Positions 1 to 7,420 are shown, numbered from the stretch's first letter. The stretch: DNA of 32,000 nt from Fidelibacter multiformis (GCF_041154365.1 NZ_AP035449.1), one strand, 5' to 3'. Made by a program: numbers and translations. Notes: generated by a model from the letters alone, not told the origin.

Positions 1-70
1 AGCGAGGTGCGAGGAACGTGAGAACGTGAATTTGCAGGGGCGAACCTTGTGTTCGCCCAAGAGCTATCAT

Positions 71-112
71 CAGTCGACAGTCGTCAGTGGACAGTTGGCA
101 GTAGTTAGTGGA
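71..112 (+). repeat. CAGTNNN heptamer tandem array (5 good units plus 1 degenerate)
   Basis: The units are cagtcga cagtcgt cagtgga cagttgg cagtagt tagtgga. The same heptamer family opens regions B (6849-6897) and C (16024-16086), and occurs inverted at 7527-7561. Confidence 0.9.
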
Positions 113-224
113 TTGATTCGATTGAATAGATTGACTGGATTGCTTGCCCCGTGAAAAGGGACCCGGTTTACCGGGATATTTCACGGGGGATTGATTCGAT
201 TGATTAGATTGGAGAATTGACCTG
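111..224. repeat. GATTG nonamer array, then a nested hairpin, then a second GATTG nonamer array
   Basis: First array: gattgattc gattgaata gattgactg gattgcttg (111-146). Outer stem CCCCGTGAAA (147-156) pairs with TTTCACGGGG (179-188), enclosing an inner hairpin CCCGG-ttta-CCGGG (162-175). Second array: gattgattc gattgatta gattggaga (189-215). A near-identical hairpin occurs at 6991-7032. Confidence 0.9.
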
Positions 225-295
225 GTTGAAACACCGGGAGCAGCGATGCTAACTTCAGACAGGCCGCAGCCTGTCCCTACATCTCGACACACATC

Positions 296-441
296 AGGAG
301 CGCAGCGACGCTAACTTCCAACTTCCACCTTCTAACTTCTTTAATAGAATTGGCGATTAATTTGATTTAGCACAAGGATTATAAGAGAGATGGGATATAT
401 GATTTCGCTTAGGTGACGCCCCCACCCCGGGGGTAAAATAC
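296..441 (+). repeat. Conserved composite module, copy 1 (NAACTTC heptamers, promoter-like TTAATT-17-TATAAG, mini-ORF, C5/G5 hairpin)
   Basis: Manual alignment to 16439-16585 gives 9 differences over about 146 nt. TATAAG is at 380-385 and TTAATT at 357-362, with a 17-nt spacer. The mini-ORF ATG GGA TAT ATG ATT TCG CTT AGG TGA spans 390-416 and is followed by GCCCCCACCCCGGGGGT. Confidence 0.8.
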
Positions 442-589
442 ATTGAATGAGTGGAGAGTGGAGAGTGGAGAGTCGTAGGGGCAGGACGTGTCCTGCCTCT
501 GAGTTGGAGTCTTGAGTTTTGAGTGTATGTTTTTAGAAAATTGCAGATTTTAAGACTTAGATTTTCAGACTTTTATTCATTGGATGATT

Positions 590-735
590 TTGCAATCAAT
601 TACTGCAAAGGCTATAAGTGAAACGAGATATATGATTTCGATTAGGTAGCGCCCCCCACCCCGGGGGTAAAATACACCGAAATGCGACACAATGCAAGAT
701 GATATTGTTATTCGTATATATGTATTATCGAATAA
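590..735 (+). repeat. Conserved composite module, copy 2 (core plus AT-rich tail), with TTGCAA-17-TATAAG promoter-like hexamers
   Basis: TTGCAA is at 590-595, followed by a 17-nt spacer and TATAAG at 613-618. The core gagatatatgatttcgattaggtagcgccccccaccccgggggtaaaatac and the tail accgaaatgcgacacaatgcaagatgatattg align to 16530-16620. The mini-ORF ATG ATT TCG ATT AGG TAG spans 632-649. Confidence 0.75.
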
Positions 736-942
736 AACAACAGATTGAGGCCTTATTTCAATCATCCCGGTCGTTGAGTAGGCCGCCGACTGGCCGGCAT
801 ATCGAGGTGCTAATATTTCGGGCGGACACAGGTCTGCACCCTCTCCCTATCGTGACCTTGTACCCTCATACCTTCCGTGCTCCCAAATTTCCTCTGCGAT
901 ATATAAAAAATAATATCAGCGTCTCCGCCCCCTCCGCAATAT

Positions 943-1024
943 AAAAACACTCTCCGCGTCTCTGCGCCCTCAGCGGGAGGCATCACCCAAAATCCCTCCG
1001 CATCTCCGCGCCCTCTGCGGGAGG
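943..1024 (-). terminator. Tandem GC-rich hairpins with T-runs immediately 3' of the protease gene stop (candidate intrinsic terminators)
   Basis: Minus strand, after the TGA stop at 1028-1026: CCTCCCGCagagggcGCGGAGA (1024-1003) followed by ...GGGATTTTGGG. A second hairpin CCTCCCGC...GCGGAGAG (980-950) is followed by TGTTTTTAT (T5 = 947-943). Stems contain a bulge, and the spacing to the T-run is not ideal. Confidence 0.35.
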
Positions 1025-1025
1025 C

Positions 1026-4000
1026 TCATTTCATATACACAATCTTCCGGATCTGCACCTGCCGGTCAAAACGGGCCCTGACGATATAAAGACCCGTAGA
1101 GAGGTGTGAAGCGGTGTAATCAAAATGGTGTTCGCCGGCGGGATGATTCGAAAAAGCTATCCGGTCTACAATGCGGCCGGTGATATCCACAACTTCAAAC
1201 ACAAGATCCCCCGCATCCGGCAGGCTGTAGGTCAACCGGGTCACCGGATTGAAGGGATTGGGATAGGCGGATCCAAGTATAAAAACTTCGGGAAGGATCT
1301 CCTCTTCCTGTCCGGGAAGGGTCCGTTTCCGGATCACCACTTTCTCCGGATCTTCTCCCCAATCGATTCTGGCAATGCCGGTCAGTTCATCCTCCGGATA
1401 TTTGGTTTTCAGTTCTGTTAAATAATACTCCGCCTGAACACTATCCGCTAAATCCTTATCATAGAGATTGAACAGATCAAAAAGGGCCGTGGTTTCATGG
1501 ATGGTTTCCGGGTTTTCCGCAAGGATTTCACGGGAGAGGGCGATGGCCTGTTTCGTATCTTTCATCCGACGGTATTCGGACACTTTCCGGGATTTGATCA
1601 CGGCCCGGAGGGTCTTATCGTCGACACCGGTCAGGAGTTCATCCAGATACGTCAGCATATCCCGGGGTTTCTGTTCACGGCAGAGGCGTACGGACATGCT
1701 CAAGGCCCGGTAGGCATAAGTGGAGGCGGGATATAAGCGGATCAGGGTCTGAAAATCATCGAGTGCCCCGGTATAGTTCTTTTCCCACACGGCACTCATA
1801 GCGACTTCCCACAGGGCTTTGGCCGCTTCGTCGCCCGGTTTTTCTTCCGGATGGGATGCGATGACCGATTCAGGGCTGCTTTTACTCAGGGTGCTGCCGG
1901 AACCGGGATCGGATTGCAAAGGATATGTGGTGAGTACATCTCCGTAACAGGCAGATGCTGAAGGTTGACCCCACCAGCAACGTCTTGCATCGATGGATGA
2001 TGTGCCATCCGATGCGACGGCGGCATAATAGGTCCCCTGCCAGATAATGGAGTTTTTGCAATTTCCCCACACTTGTGGGATATGTCCACCCATAACAGGC
2101 GTTGAAGCATTGGATGCTAAAATAACACCCTCTGAAGATTCTCCGGATGACATATAATTAAAGCCCGTGTATGTATAATTTTCATACTGTCCAAACAGCG
2201 GATCGCTCCCGTTGTTTGCATACACTGCCCATAAAGCATCCGTGGTGCTGATCGTATTATAATACAGATCCGGTGATGATGAATACATTATAAAAGCATA
2301 ATTCCCGCTTCCGCCGGTAATCAAATTATTGTGCATTTCCGAATTACTGTTCACAAAATATAGACCGAATAACCCGGATTCCGTGATTGCATTTGATTCT
2401 ATTAAGGGGGACCCGTTGTAAACATACAGGCCAAAGGTTGAGGCATTGCTGATTGTATTATCAGAAATTTCCGAACCCGCCGGGACATTCAGACTCATGA
2501 TCCCATATCCGGAATTTGATAGTTCGTTGTTGGAAATAACGACAGACCCATTCGAACCTGAACAATAAATAGCATACGTCTCTATATCGGACAATGTATT
2601 CTCATATATGTATGGGGTCGATCCATTAGAACAGTAAATACCATTTTTACTGTTTGAGATTTCATTAAAGGTTATAACAGGTGTCCCATTCAATCCTGAA
2701 TTAATTGCCCTGCTTGAAATATTTGTCAGATGATTATAAAAAATATACGTTGAAGAATTCAGAGAGCTTATTCCGTAAGATGCATCAGATATGGTATTTG
2801 AACTGAGTACCAGGGCATCCTGGCCTGTTTTCCCTGAATGATCACGAATGGCTGTGGTTGCATGGGTTATAGTGCATCCGCTTAATGAGCCCGAACTGTT
2901 TTCCTGATAATATAGACCGCCCCAGGTTCCGGAAATACTTGTAAACGTTGCATTATTTCCTTCCAGGGTTGCACCCCCTGCTATCTCCAATGTTTTTCCC
3001 GATGGATATTTTAACAGGGCTCCATCCTGAGCCACCAGCTTTCTTCCACTCGTCAGGGTATACGTATCATTAAAAATAAATTCTCCGCGAAGGTAAAGTT
3101 CTGATCCGTTATTAAATGCATCATCAATTGTTGTATACAACCCCAGAACCGTTGACCCGGACATAAGACGGATATCCGGAGTAAAGCTTGCACCGGATTC
3201 GATAGCAAGTGACCCGGATCCTTTTTGAATGGTATGACTGTCTAACGTAATATCTGACCCGTTTCTAAATGTCAGTGTCACCCCCGGGGGAACGGTGAGA
3301 CTCACGGCAAGGGTGTGAGAACCATATACATCGATACTCTGGCCACTGGTGGCGGCTGACATGGCAGATGTGATTGTGGAATATATCCCTTTAATGGCAC
3401 TTCCCGTTATAAGCCGGGTATGGGAATTGGAGGAGTTGATGGTTGCGCCGGATTCGACGGTGATCGTTCCGCCGGTAGAAATTATTGAATACCCATTCAG
3501 AGTAATATTCGTACTATTGGATATAGTTAGAGTAATACCAGAAGGAACAATAATAATTCCTGTGATTGTGTGGGATCCGGACCATATTGCATTTGCTGGC
3601 AACGTGCCTTCCGACAACATGCCATTATCAATACCATCAAGAACTGTAGCACCTGTGTTATCCGGATCAAGCCAATCTCTTAGGCGAGAAGAAGAACTGC
3701 CCCCATAATTCCATGACATAGAAAATTTGCCATACCATTTAGTTCTATATTCACAAAAAGGAACATCTCCTGTTCCTCCTTGATTCTGACCTACAACTCT
3801 ATGGTCCTGATTAATTAATGGTGCTCCAGATGACCCCCTTTCTGTAGTTCCATCATCAAATGTAACTCTCCAATGAGAATTTTCTGGTGTTACGTCCCAA
3901 GAACTGGATATTGCTTGATCGTATTCAAAGGAAATTTTTTTGATATCACCACTTGGATGATGGATAACTACAGAAGATGTCGGTGGAGTATTAATATTAG

Positions 4001-4973
4001 ACCAACCGTTATAATATACATTGTAATCAGAAGGCGGTGTTTCATCAAGTATGAGTAATGCAAAATCTGATGCTATATTACTAGCTTTGAGAGATGCTCC
4101 AACAAGTGTTTGTGCAGTCGGCTCTTCAGGAGGATTGTTACAGGTGTTGCTTTCATAATTAAACCAAATAACCCAGGTGTCAATATCCCCGTCTAAACAG
4201 TGTTCGGCAGTTAAAAAATAGGGAGCATAATTTTCTTTAACATTGTTAAGTAAAGAGCCGGAACAAAGTCTGGTACCATCACCTAGGACAATCAAACCAA
4301 CCGATCGAACTTCATTCTGCCAGTCTTCAGCTTCCGGACAATGGACATTATTATTACAAGCTTCAGAATCACCATAACCGGTAATTTTATAAAAATGACT
4401 CTTATTAGCACCCTTAAAAAAATCACGGTAAGCATGAACAACTCTGGAAATACTAATTTCACCGGTTCGGATAACATTTGCGGGTTCATAATATTCAAGA
4501 ATAATTTCATCACCTCTAACTAATCCGGTAGCAAACTTACCATGCGCTTTATTATTTCGGGATGTAAAAGCACCAATAATCATACTTTTTTCATTATTAT
4601 ATAAAAAATATTTTGATCCTTCTGGCAACCAAAATTTATCATAAATCAAGTTTATTGAATATGCACCACGAGATATTATTTTTAAACGCCATAGTTTACT
4701 TCCATCGGGAAAATTTACCCACGTACCCGAGTTTTGCATATTATATGAAACATCAAATCCATAACCAAAACGATAAGGTTCAAATTCCGGCGCATATTCG
4801 TCCTCAAACAGAAGCATTTCCGTGTCAATTTCCATCATTTCTTTAACCTCGATGGATTCTGAAACTTGTCGGCTAAAAGAGTAAGGCTGTCCCCCTTCAC
4901 TTAATTGTGCATAACTATCTGAGTATGCACATACTAAATAAAATACAACAAACAAAAAAGCTTTCAATTTCAT
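1026..4973 (-). CDS. Exported multidomain S1 (trypsin-fold, lysyl-endopeptidase-like) serine protease with parallel beta-helix repeats, a TPR-like helical region and a T9SS C-terminal sorting domain
   Basis: 1315-aa ORF. Signal peptide MKLKAFLFVVFYLVCAYSDSYAQ. Triad-like motifs LTAEHC (His258), SDFALLIL (Asp303) and ERGSSGAP (Ser382). Residues ~455-960 are G/S/N/T-rich periodic segments (e.g. NNxISxNxxYGI) typical of right-handed beta-helix repeats. Residues ~1040-1200 are helical and TPR-like. The C-terminal ~80 aa (AYPNPFNPVTRLTYSLP...GLYIVRARF) match the T9SS type A CTD pattern. SD AAGGAAA lies 8 nt upstream of the ATG. Confidence 0.85.
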   Translation of the reverse strand: MKLKAFLFVVFYLVCAYSDSYAQLSEGGQPYSFSRQVSESIEVKEMMEIDTEMLLFEDEYAPEFEPYRFGYGFDVSYNMQNSGTWVNFPDGSKLWRLKIISRGAYSINLIYDKFWLPEGSKYFLYNNEKSMIIGAFTSRNNKAHGKFATGLVRGDEIILEYYEPANVIRTGEISISRVVHAYRDFFKGANKSHFYKITGYGDSEACNNNVHCPEAEDWQNEVRSVGLIVLGDGTRLCSGSLLNNVKENYAPYFLTAEHCLDGDIDTWVIWFNYESNTCNNPPEEPTAQTLVGASLKASNIASDFALLILDETPPSDYNVYYNGWSNINTPPTSSVVIHHPSGDIKKISFEYDQAISSSWDVTPENSHWRVTFDDGTTERGSSGAPLINQDHRVVGQNQGGTGDVPFCEYRTKWYGKFSMSWNYGGSSSSRLRDWLDPDNTGATVLDGIDNGMLSEGTLPANAIWSGSHTITGIIIVPSGITLTISNSTNITLNGYSIISTGGTITVESGATINSSNSHTRLITGSAIKGIYSTITSAMSAATSGQSIDVYGSHTLAVSLTVPPGVTLTFRNGSDITLDSHTIQKGSGSLAIESGASFTPDIRLMSGSTVLGLYTTIDDAFNNGSELYLRGEFIFNDTYTLTSGRKLVAQDGALLKYPSGKTLEIAGGATLEGNNATFTSISGTWGGLYYQENSSGSLSGCTITHATTAIRDHSGKTGQDALVLSSNTISDASYGISSLNSSTYIFYNHLTNISSRAINSGLNGTPVITFNEISNSKNGIYCSNGSTPYIYENTLSDIETYAIYCSGSNGSVVISNNELSNSGYGIMSLNVPAGSEISDNTISNASTFGLYVYNGSPLIESNAITESGLFGLYFVNSNSEMHNNLITGGSGNYAFIMYSSSPDLYYNTISTTDALWAVYANNGSDPLFGQYENYTYTGFNYMSSGESSEGVILASNASTPVMGGHIPQVWGNCKNSIIWQGTYYAAVASDGTSSIDARRCWWGQPSASACYGDVLTTYPLQSDPGSGSTLSKSSPESVIASHPEEKPGDEAAKALWEVAMSAVWEKNYTGALDDFQTLIRLYPASTYAYRALSMSVRLCREQKPRDMLTYLDELLTGVDDKTLRAVIKSRKVSEYRRMKDTKQAIALSREILAENPETIHETTALFDLFNLYDKDLADSVQAEYYLTELKTKYPEDELTGIARIDWGEDPEKVVIRKRTLPGQEEEILPEVFILGSAYPNPFNPVTRLTYSLPDAGDLVFEVVDITGRIVDRIAFSNHPAGEHHFDYTASHLSTGLYIVRARFDRQVQIRKIVYMK

Positions 4974-4999
4974 AATTACTTTTCCTTATCTTATACGTT

Positions 5000-5025
5000 C
5001 TTTCATTCTTTATAAGAATGGAAAG
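5000..5025 (-). other. Intergenic hairpin between the META-domain gene and the protease gene
   Basis: CTTTCATTCTT-tata-AGAATG(G)AAAG forms an 11-bp stem with one bulge. No U-tract follows on either strand, so it is not a canonical terminator. It may be a processing or stability element. Confidence 0.3.
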
Positions 5026-5038
5026 CTGAGACACAATA

Positions 5039-5467
5039 CTAATTAATAAAAAATATTAATCTGTAGTTATTTTCATAATAAATATATAAACAATCATTTT
5101 TTATTGCGTAATTATGAGCTTTACGAAGTGCGGAAAGATATTTATCACTTACGGATTGATCACCACTACAATTCTTTTCTGTTGTAACCAGTTGATCAAT
5201 TTTTAATGAATCACCGGAAAAAATGATATATTTTGCAAAGAAATCGTTACAGTCATTTTTACCTGAGATCGTGCTATCGTTATTAAAATGGATAGTATAA
5301 ATTTTATCCTTTGGTGGTTTGAGAATGTTGCCGTCATTATCAAATGATTTCAATGTCCATAGAGTATTTTGAAGACTTATTTCATTATCATTATTTTCAT
5401 CTGTTAAAATACAATTAGAAAATATTATTATAAAAACAAGACTAAATAATATCTTGAACTTTTTCAT
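5039..5467 (-). CDS. META-domain (HslJ-like) lipoprotein
   Basis: 142 aa. Signal peptide ending in the lipobox-like FSNC. The pattern W.L.....G......I...F......SG...CN.F...Y......L.I......T...C matches the META/HslJ-like fold family as I recall it. Very AT-rich codon usage. Confidence 0.7.
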   Translation of the reverse strand: MKKFKILFSLVFIIIFSNCILTDENNDNEISLQNTLWTLKSFDNDGNILKPPKDKIYTIHFNNDSTISGKNDCNDFFAKYIIFSGDSLKIDQLVTTEKNCSGDQSVSDKYLSALRKAHNYAIKNDCLYIYYENNYRLIFFIN

Positions 5468-5507
5468 CCTTATACCCCTTTTTTCTTTCTAATATAATTT
5501 CCCATTA

Positions 5508-6578
5508 CTATTCCACCAATTTTCCGTGTAAAACCAAGTCATATGGGCCAGGACATAGTATACTAAAAATTATATCTTTTTCTAAAATCAGAGGGTCACC
5601 AACAAAACTAATGTTTTCTGTTGGAAGCTTGTAGAGATATTCCATGTCTGTGCCATTATAGTGAACAATGCCGTCTTTCATGCAAATAAAAATATCTTTT
5701 TCATTTCTCCCGAAAATTGGTCTATAGAAATTATTCATATTTATGGAAATAAACTTTTTAAAATCATTACTTTTATAATAAAACACGTCATTACCAACAG
5801 TAAAATAAACCTTTCCATATATTGAGCTTATTCCAGCCCAGGAAATTATGCTTTCTTTATTGGAATAGATTTGCTGTAGTTCATTATCTACTACCTGATA
5901 AAATTCCACATCGCCGTCACCGGTCTCATAATTGATCCCGTATGAAAATACATACACCTTGTCATTCTCTGCTCTAATCCTCAAAAACTGTGAATTAAAA
6001 TCAGCCCGGGCCATTTCCCGCCAGTTCGTGCCGTCATAATGCAAGACAAACCCTCGCCAACACTCATTTGTTCCATCAAAAAAACTGATAACACCACAGG
6101 CATAAACATCGTTTGGTGAGGTTCCCCACATATCATAAATATTAATAGAATAGTAATCCTCTTCGATACTATACACATAGTTTTGTTTCCATTCCGCACC
6201 GTCATAATGCCAGATCCCTGCTCCATGCTCAAGCCAGCCTGCACCACCCCCCATCCATACATCATCCGCACTGAAACCAAACAGCGTAAATCCGGAACAC
6301 CAGATTGTTTCATTGGTGTACGTCGTCCACTCTGTGCCGTCATAGTGCAGCAGCCGGTCATACTGGGTACCGCCACCGCCAACCGCCCATACGTCATCAG
6401 GTGAAGCACCCCATACCGAACTGATATAATTCATGGGCATATCCAGCGTATCCAATGTCCATACATAGTTCCGTTTGCCCGGTTCCGGCTCAGGTTCAAA
6501 TTCCGAAGGATTATCTTCACAGGAACAAAGAGCCAATAGTGTTATCATACTTACTATCAGACATGTTTTCCGGATCAT
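5508..6578 (-). CDS. Lipoprotein with beta-propeller-like repeats, function unknown
   Basis: The ORF is open to 6611. The ATG at 6578 has SD GAGG 6 nt upstream and yields MIRKTCLIVSMITLLALCSCED, a lipoprotein signal with lipobox LALC. The ATG at 6611 has no SD. Six or so repeats of the type DV(W/Y)xxGxxG...(L/W)HYDG(T/A)xW suggest blades of a propeller. Confidence 0.7.
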   Translation of the reverse strand: MIRKTCLIVSMITLLALCSCEDNPSEFEPEPEPGKRNYVWTLDTLDMPMNYISSVWGASPDDVWAVGGGGTQYDRLLHYDGTEWTTYTNETIWCSGFTLFGFSADDVWMGGGAGWLEHGAGIWHYDGAEWKQNYVYSIEEDYYSINIYDMWGTSPNDVYACGVISFFDGTNECWRGFVLHYDGTNWREMARADFNSQFLRIRAENDKVYVFSYGINYETGDGDVEFYQVVDNELQQIYSNKESIISWAGISSIYGKVYFTVGNDVFYYKSNDFKKFISINMNNFYRPIFGRNEKDIFICMKDGIVHYNGTDMEYLYKLPTENISFVGDPLILEKDIIFSILCPGPYDLVLHGKLVE

Positions 6579-6793
6579 GCTTGCCTCATCTGTTTTTTCG
6601 AATTGCACCATTAGGGTGAAAAGTCTGGAATATTTTCATTCTCTTGGTTAAAAGATTGAAATCAGGTAATAAATTTTTACTTTTTCTGCAATTGTTAAAT
6701 ATATTGTTACATTGGCACAAATAATTACACATTAAAATAACTATTTTTGATTTTTGGCTCATATTACCAACACTTTTTACGAACTTACTGCAT

Positions 6794-6821
6794 ATTATAA
6801 AAAAAAAAAAACGATTGTCAA
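6794..6821 (-). promoter_or_regulatory. Consensus sigma70-type promoter TTGACA-N16-TATAAT whose spacer is largely a T13 homopolymer, facing the exported-protein block
   Basis: The minus strand reads TTGACA (6821-6816), then atcg plus 12 T (6815-6800), then TATAAT (6799-6794). The plus-strand A run spans 6799-6811 (13 nt), so the T13 run contributes 12 T to the spacer and the first T of the -10 hexamer. The predicted TSS is near 6787, about 175-210 nt upstream of the first CDS. Confidence 0.6.
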
Positions 6822-6848
6822 GATTATTCAGGTTGAGACTCGCTGTTT

Positions 6849-6897
6849 GCAGTCGGCAGTGGACAGTCGACAGTCGACAGTCGACAGTTGGCAGTGA
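6849..6897 (+). repeat. CAGTNNN-family heptamer array, 7 units
   Basis: The units are gcagtcg gcagtgg acagtcg acagtcg acagtcg acagttg gcagtga. Confidence 0.9.
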
Positions 6898-6948
6898 CGA
6901 GGAGATTGGAGGGATTGATTTGATTGAATAGATTGATTGGATTGCTTG

Positions 6949-7032
6949 CCCCGTGAAATGAGCGCAGCGTATTTCACAGGGGATTGCCTGCCCCGTGAAA
7001 AGGGATCCGGTTTACCGGGATATTTCACGGGG
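6949..7032. repeat. Two adjacent CCCCGTGAAA(T)...(A)TTTCAC(A)GGGG hairpins, the second nested
   Basis: Hairpin a: CCCCGTGAAAT (6949-6959), loop gagcgcagcgt, ATTTCACAGGGG (6971-6982). A copy is at 16189-16222. Hairpin b: CCCCGTGAAA (6991-7000), inner CCGG-ttta-CCGG, TTTCACGGGG (7023-7032). A copy is at 147-188. Confidence 0.9.
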
Positions 7033-7096
7033 GATTCGATTGAATAGATTGATTGGATTGGGGGATTGGATGATTGGCACTTCGCTGAGCTCAGTG

Positions 7097-7420
7097 TTCA
7101 AACGCCTTCGGCGATCAAGAATTCAAGCGGCACTTCGTGCCGTTCAATTGCTTCACTTTGTTCAGCATTCAAGCACTGCTTCGCAGTGTTCAAAAAAGAA
7201 TTCCAGTCACCCATTGAAATCCGCATATCTGGAATTGAACACCGAACGAAGTGAGGTGCTTGAACCCCATGAAATGGGGGTTGAACGCCGTCAGGCGTTG
7301 GAATACCGCACAGCGGTTATTGAACACCGAACATTGTGAGGTGCTTGAACACCACGAAGTGGTGATTGAAAGCCGCGTAGCGGCGTTTAATAAATCAAGC
7401 GGCACTTCGTACCGTTCAAT
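7097..7420. repeat. Array of at least 11 short hairpins (mostly 4-6 bp stems with 3-nt loops) separated by a conserved TTCAA (left arm) or TTGAA (right arm) linker
   Basis: Left arm. CGCC-TTC-GGCG (7103-7113). CGGCAC-TTC-GTGCCG (7128-7142). CACTGC-TTC-GCAGTG (7174-7188). Right arm. CACCgaAC-GAA-GTgaGGTG (7240-7258). CCCCAT-GAA-ATGGGG (7265-7279). AACGCC-gtca-GGCGTT (7284-7299). ACCGC-aca-GCGGT (7305-7317). CACCgaAC-att-GTgaGGTG (7325-7343). CACCAC-GAA-GTGGTG (7350-7364). GCCGC-gta-GCGGC (7372-7384). Then a degenerate copy of the second hairpin at 7400-7414. Linker orientation flips near the GAATTC at 7198-7203. Confidence 0.85.

Larger units (their letters stand above)
1..560. repeat. Mosaic non-coding repeat region A: concatenated short tandem repeats (period 7/8/9/14 nt) interleaved with GC-rich hairpins
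   Basis: Read directly from the sequence. GCGAGGN x2 (2-15). GAACGTGA x2 (14-29). Hairpin GGGCGAAC-cttgt-GTTCGCCC (38-58). CAGTNNN heptamers (71-112). GATTGNNNN nonamers (111-146 and 189-224). Nested hairpin CCCCGTGAAA...TTTCACGGGG (147-188). Hairpin GACAGGC-cgca-GCCTGTC (258-275). NAACTTC x4 (312-339). GAGTGGA-type x4 (449-476). GGCAGGAC-gt-GTCCTGCC (480-497). AGTNTTG-type heptamers (501-525). AGATTTT/NAGACTT alternating x2 (545-572). No credible ORF. Confidence 0.9.

Noticed and set aside
7097-7420. CRISPR array (regularly spaced short conserved elements separated by variable sequence)
   Set aside because: The conserved element is only 5 nt. The period is about 17-25 nt rather than about 60-70 nt. 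The variable parts are self-complementary hairpins rather than spacers. Orientation flips mid-array. No cas genes or leader are present.
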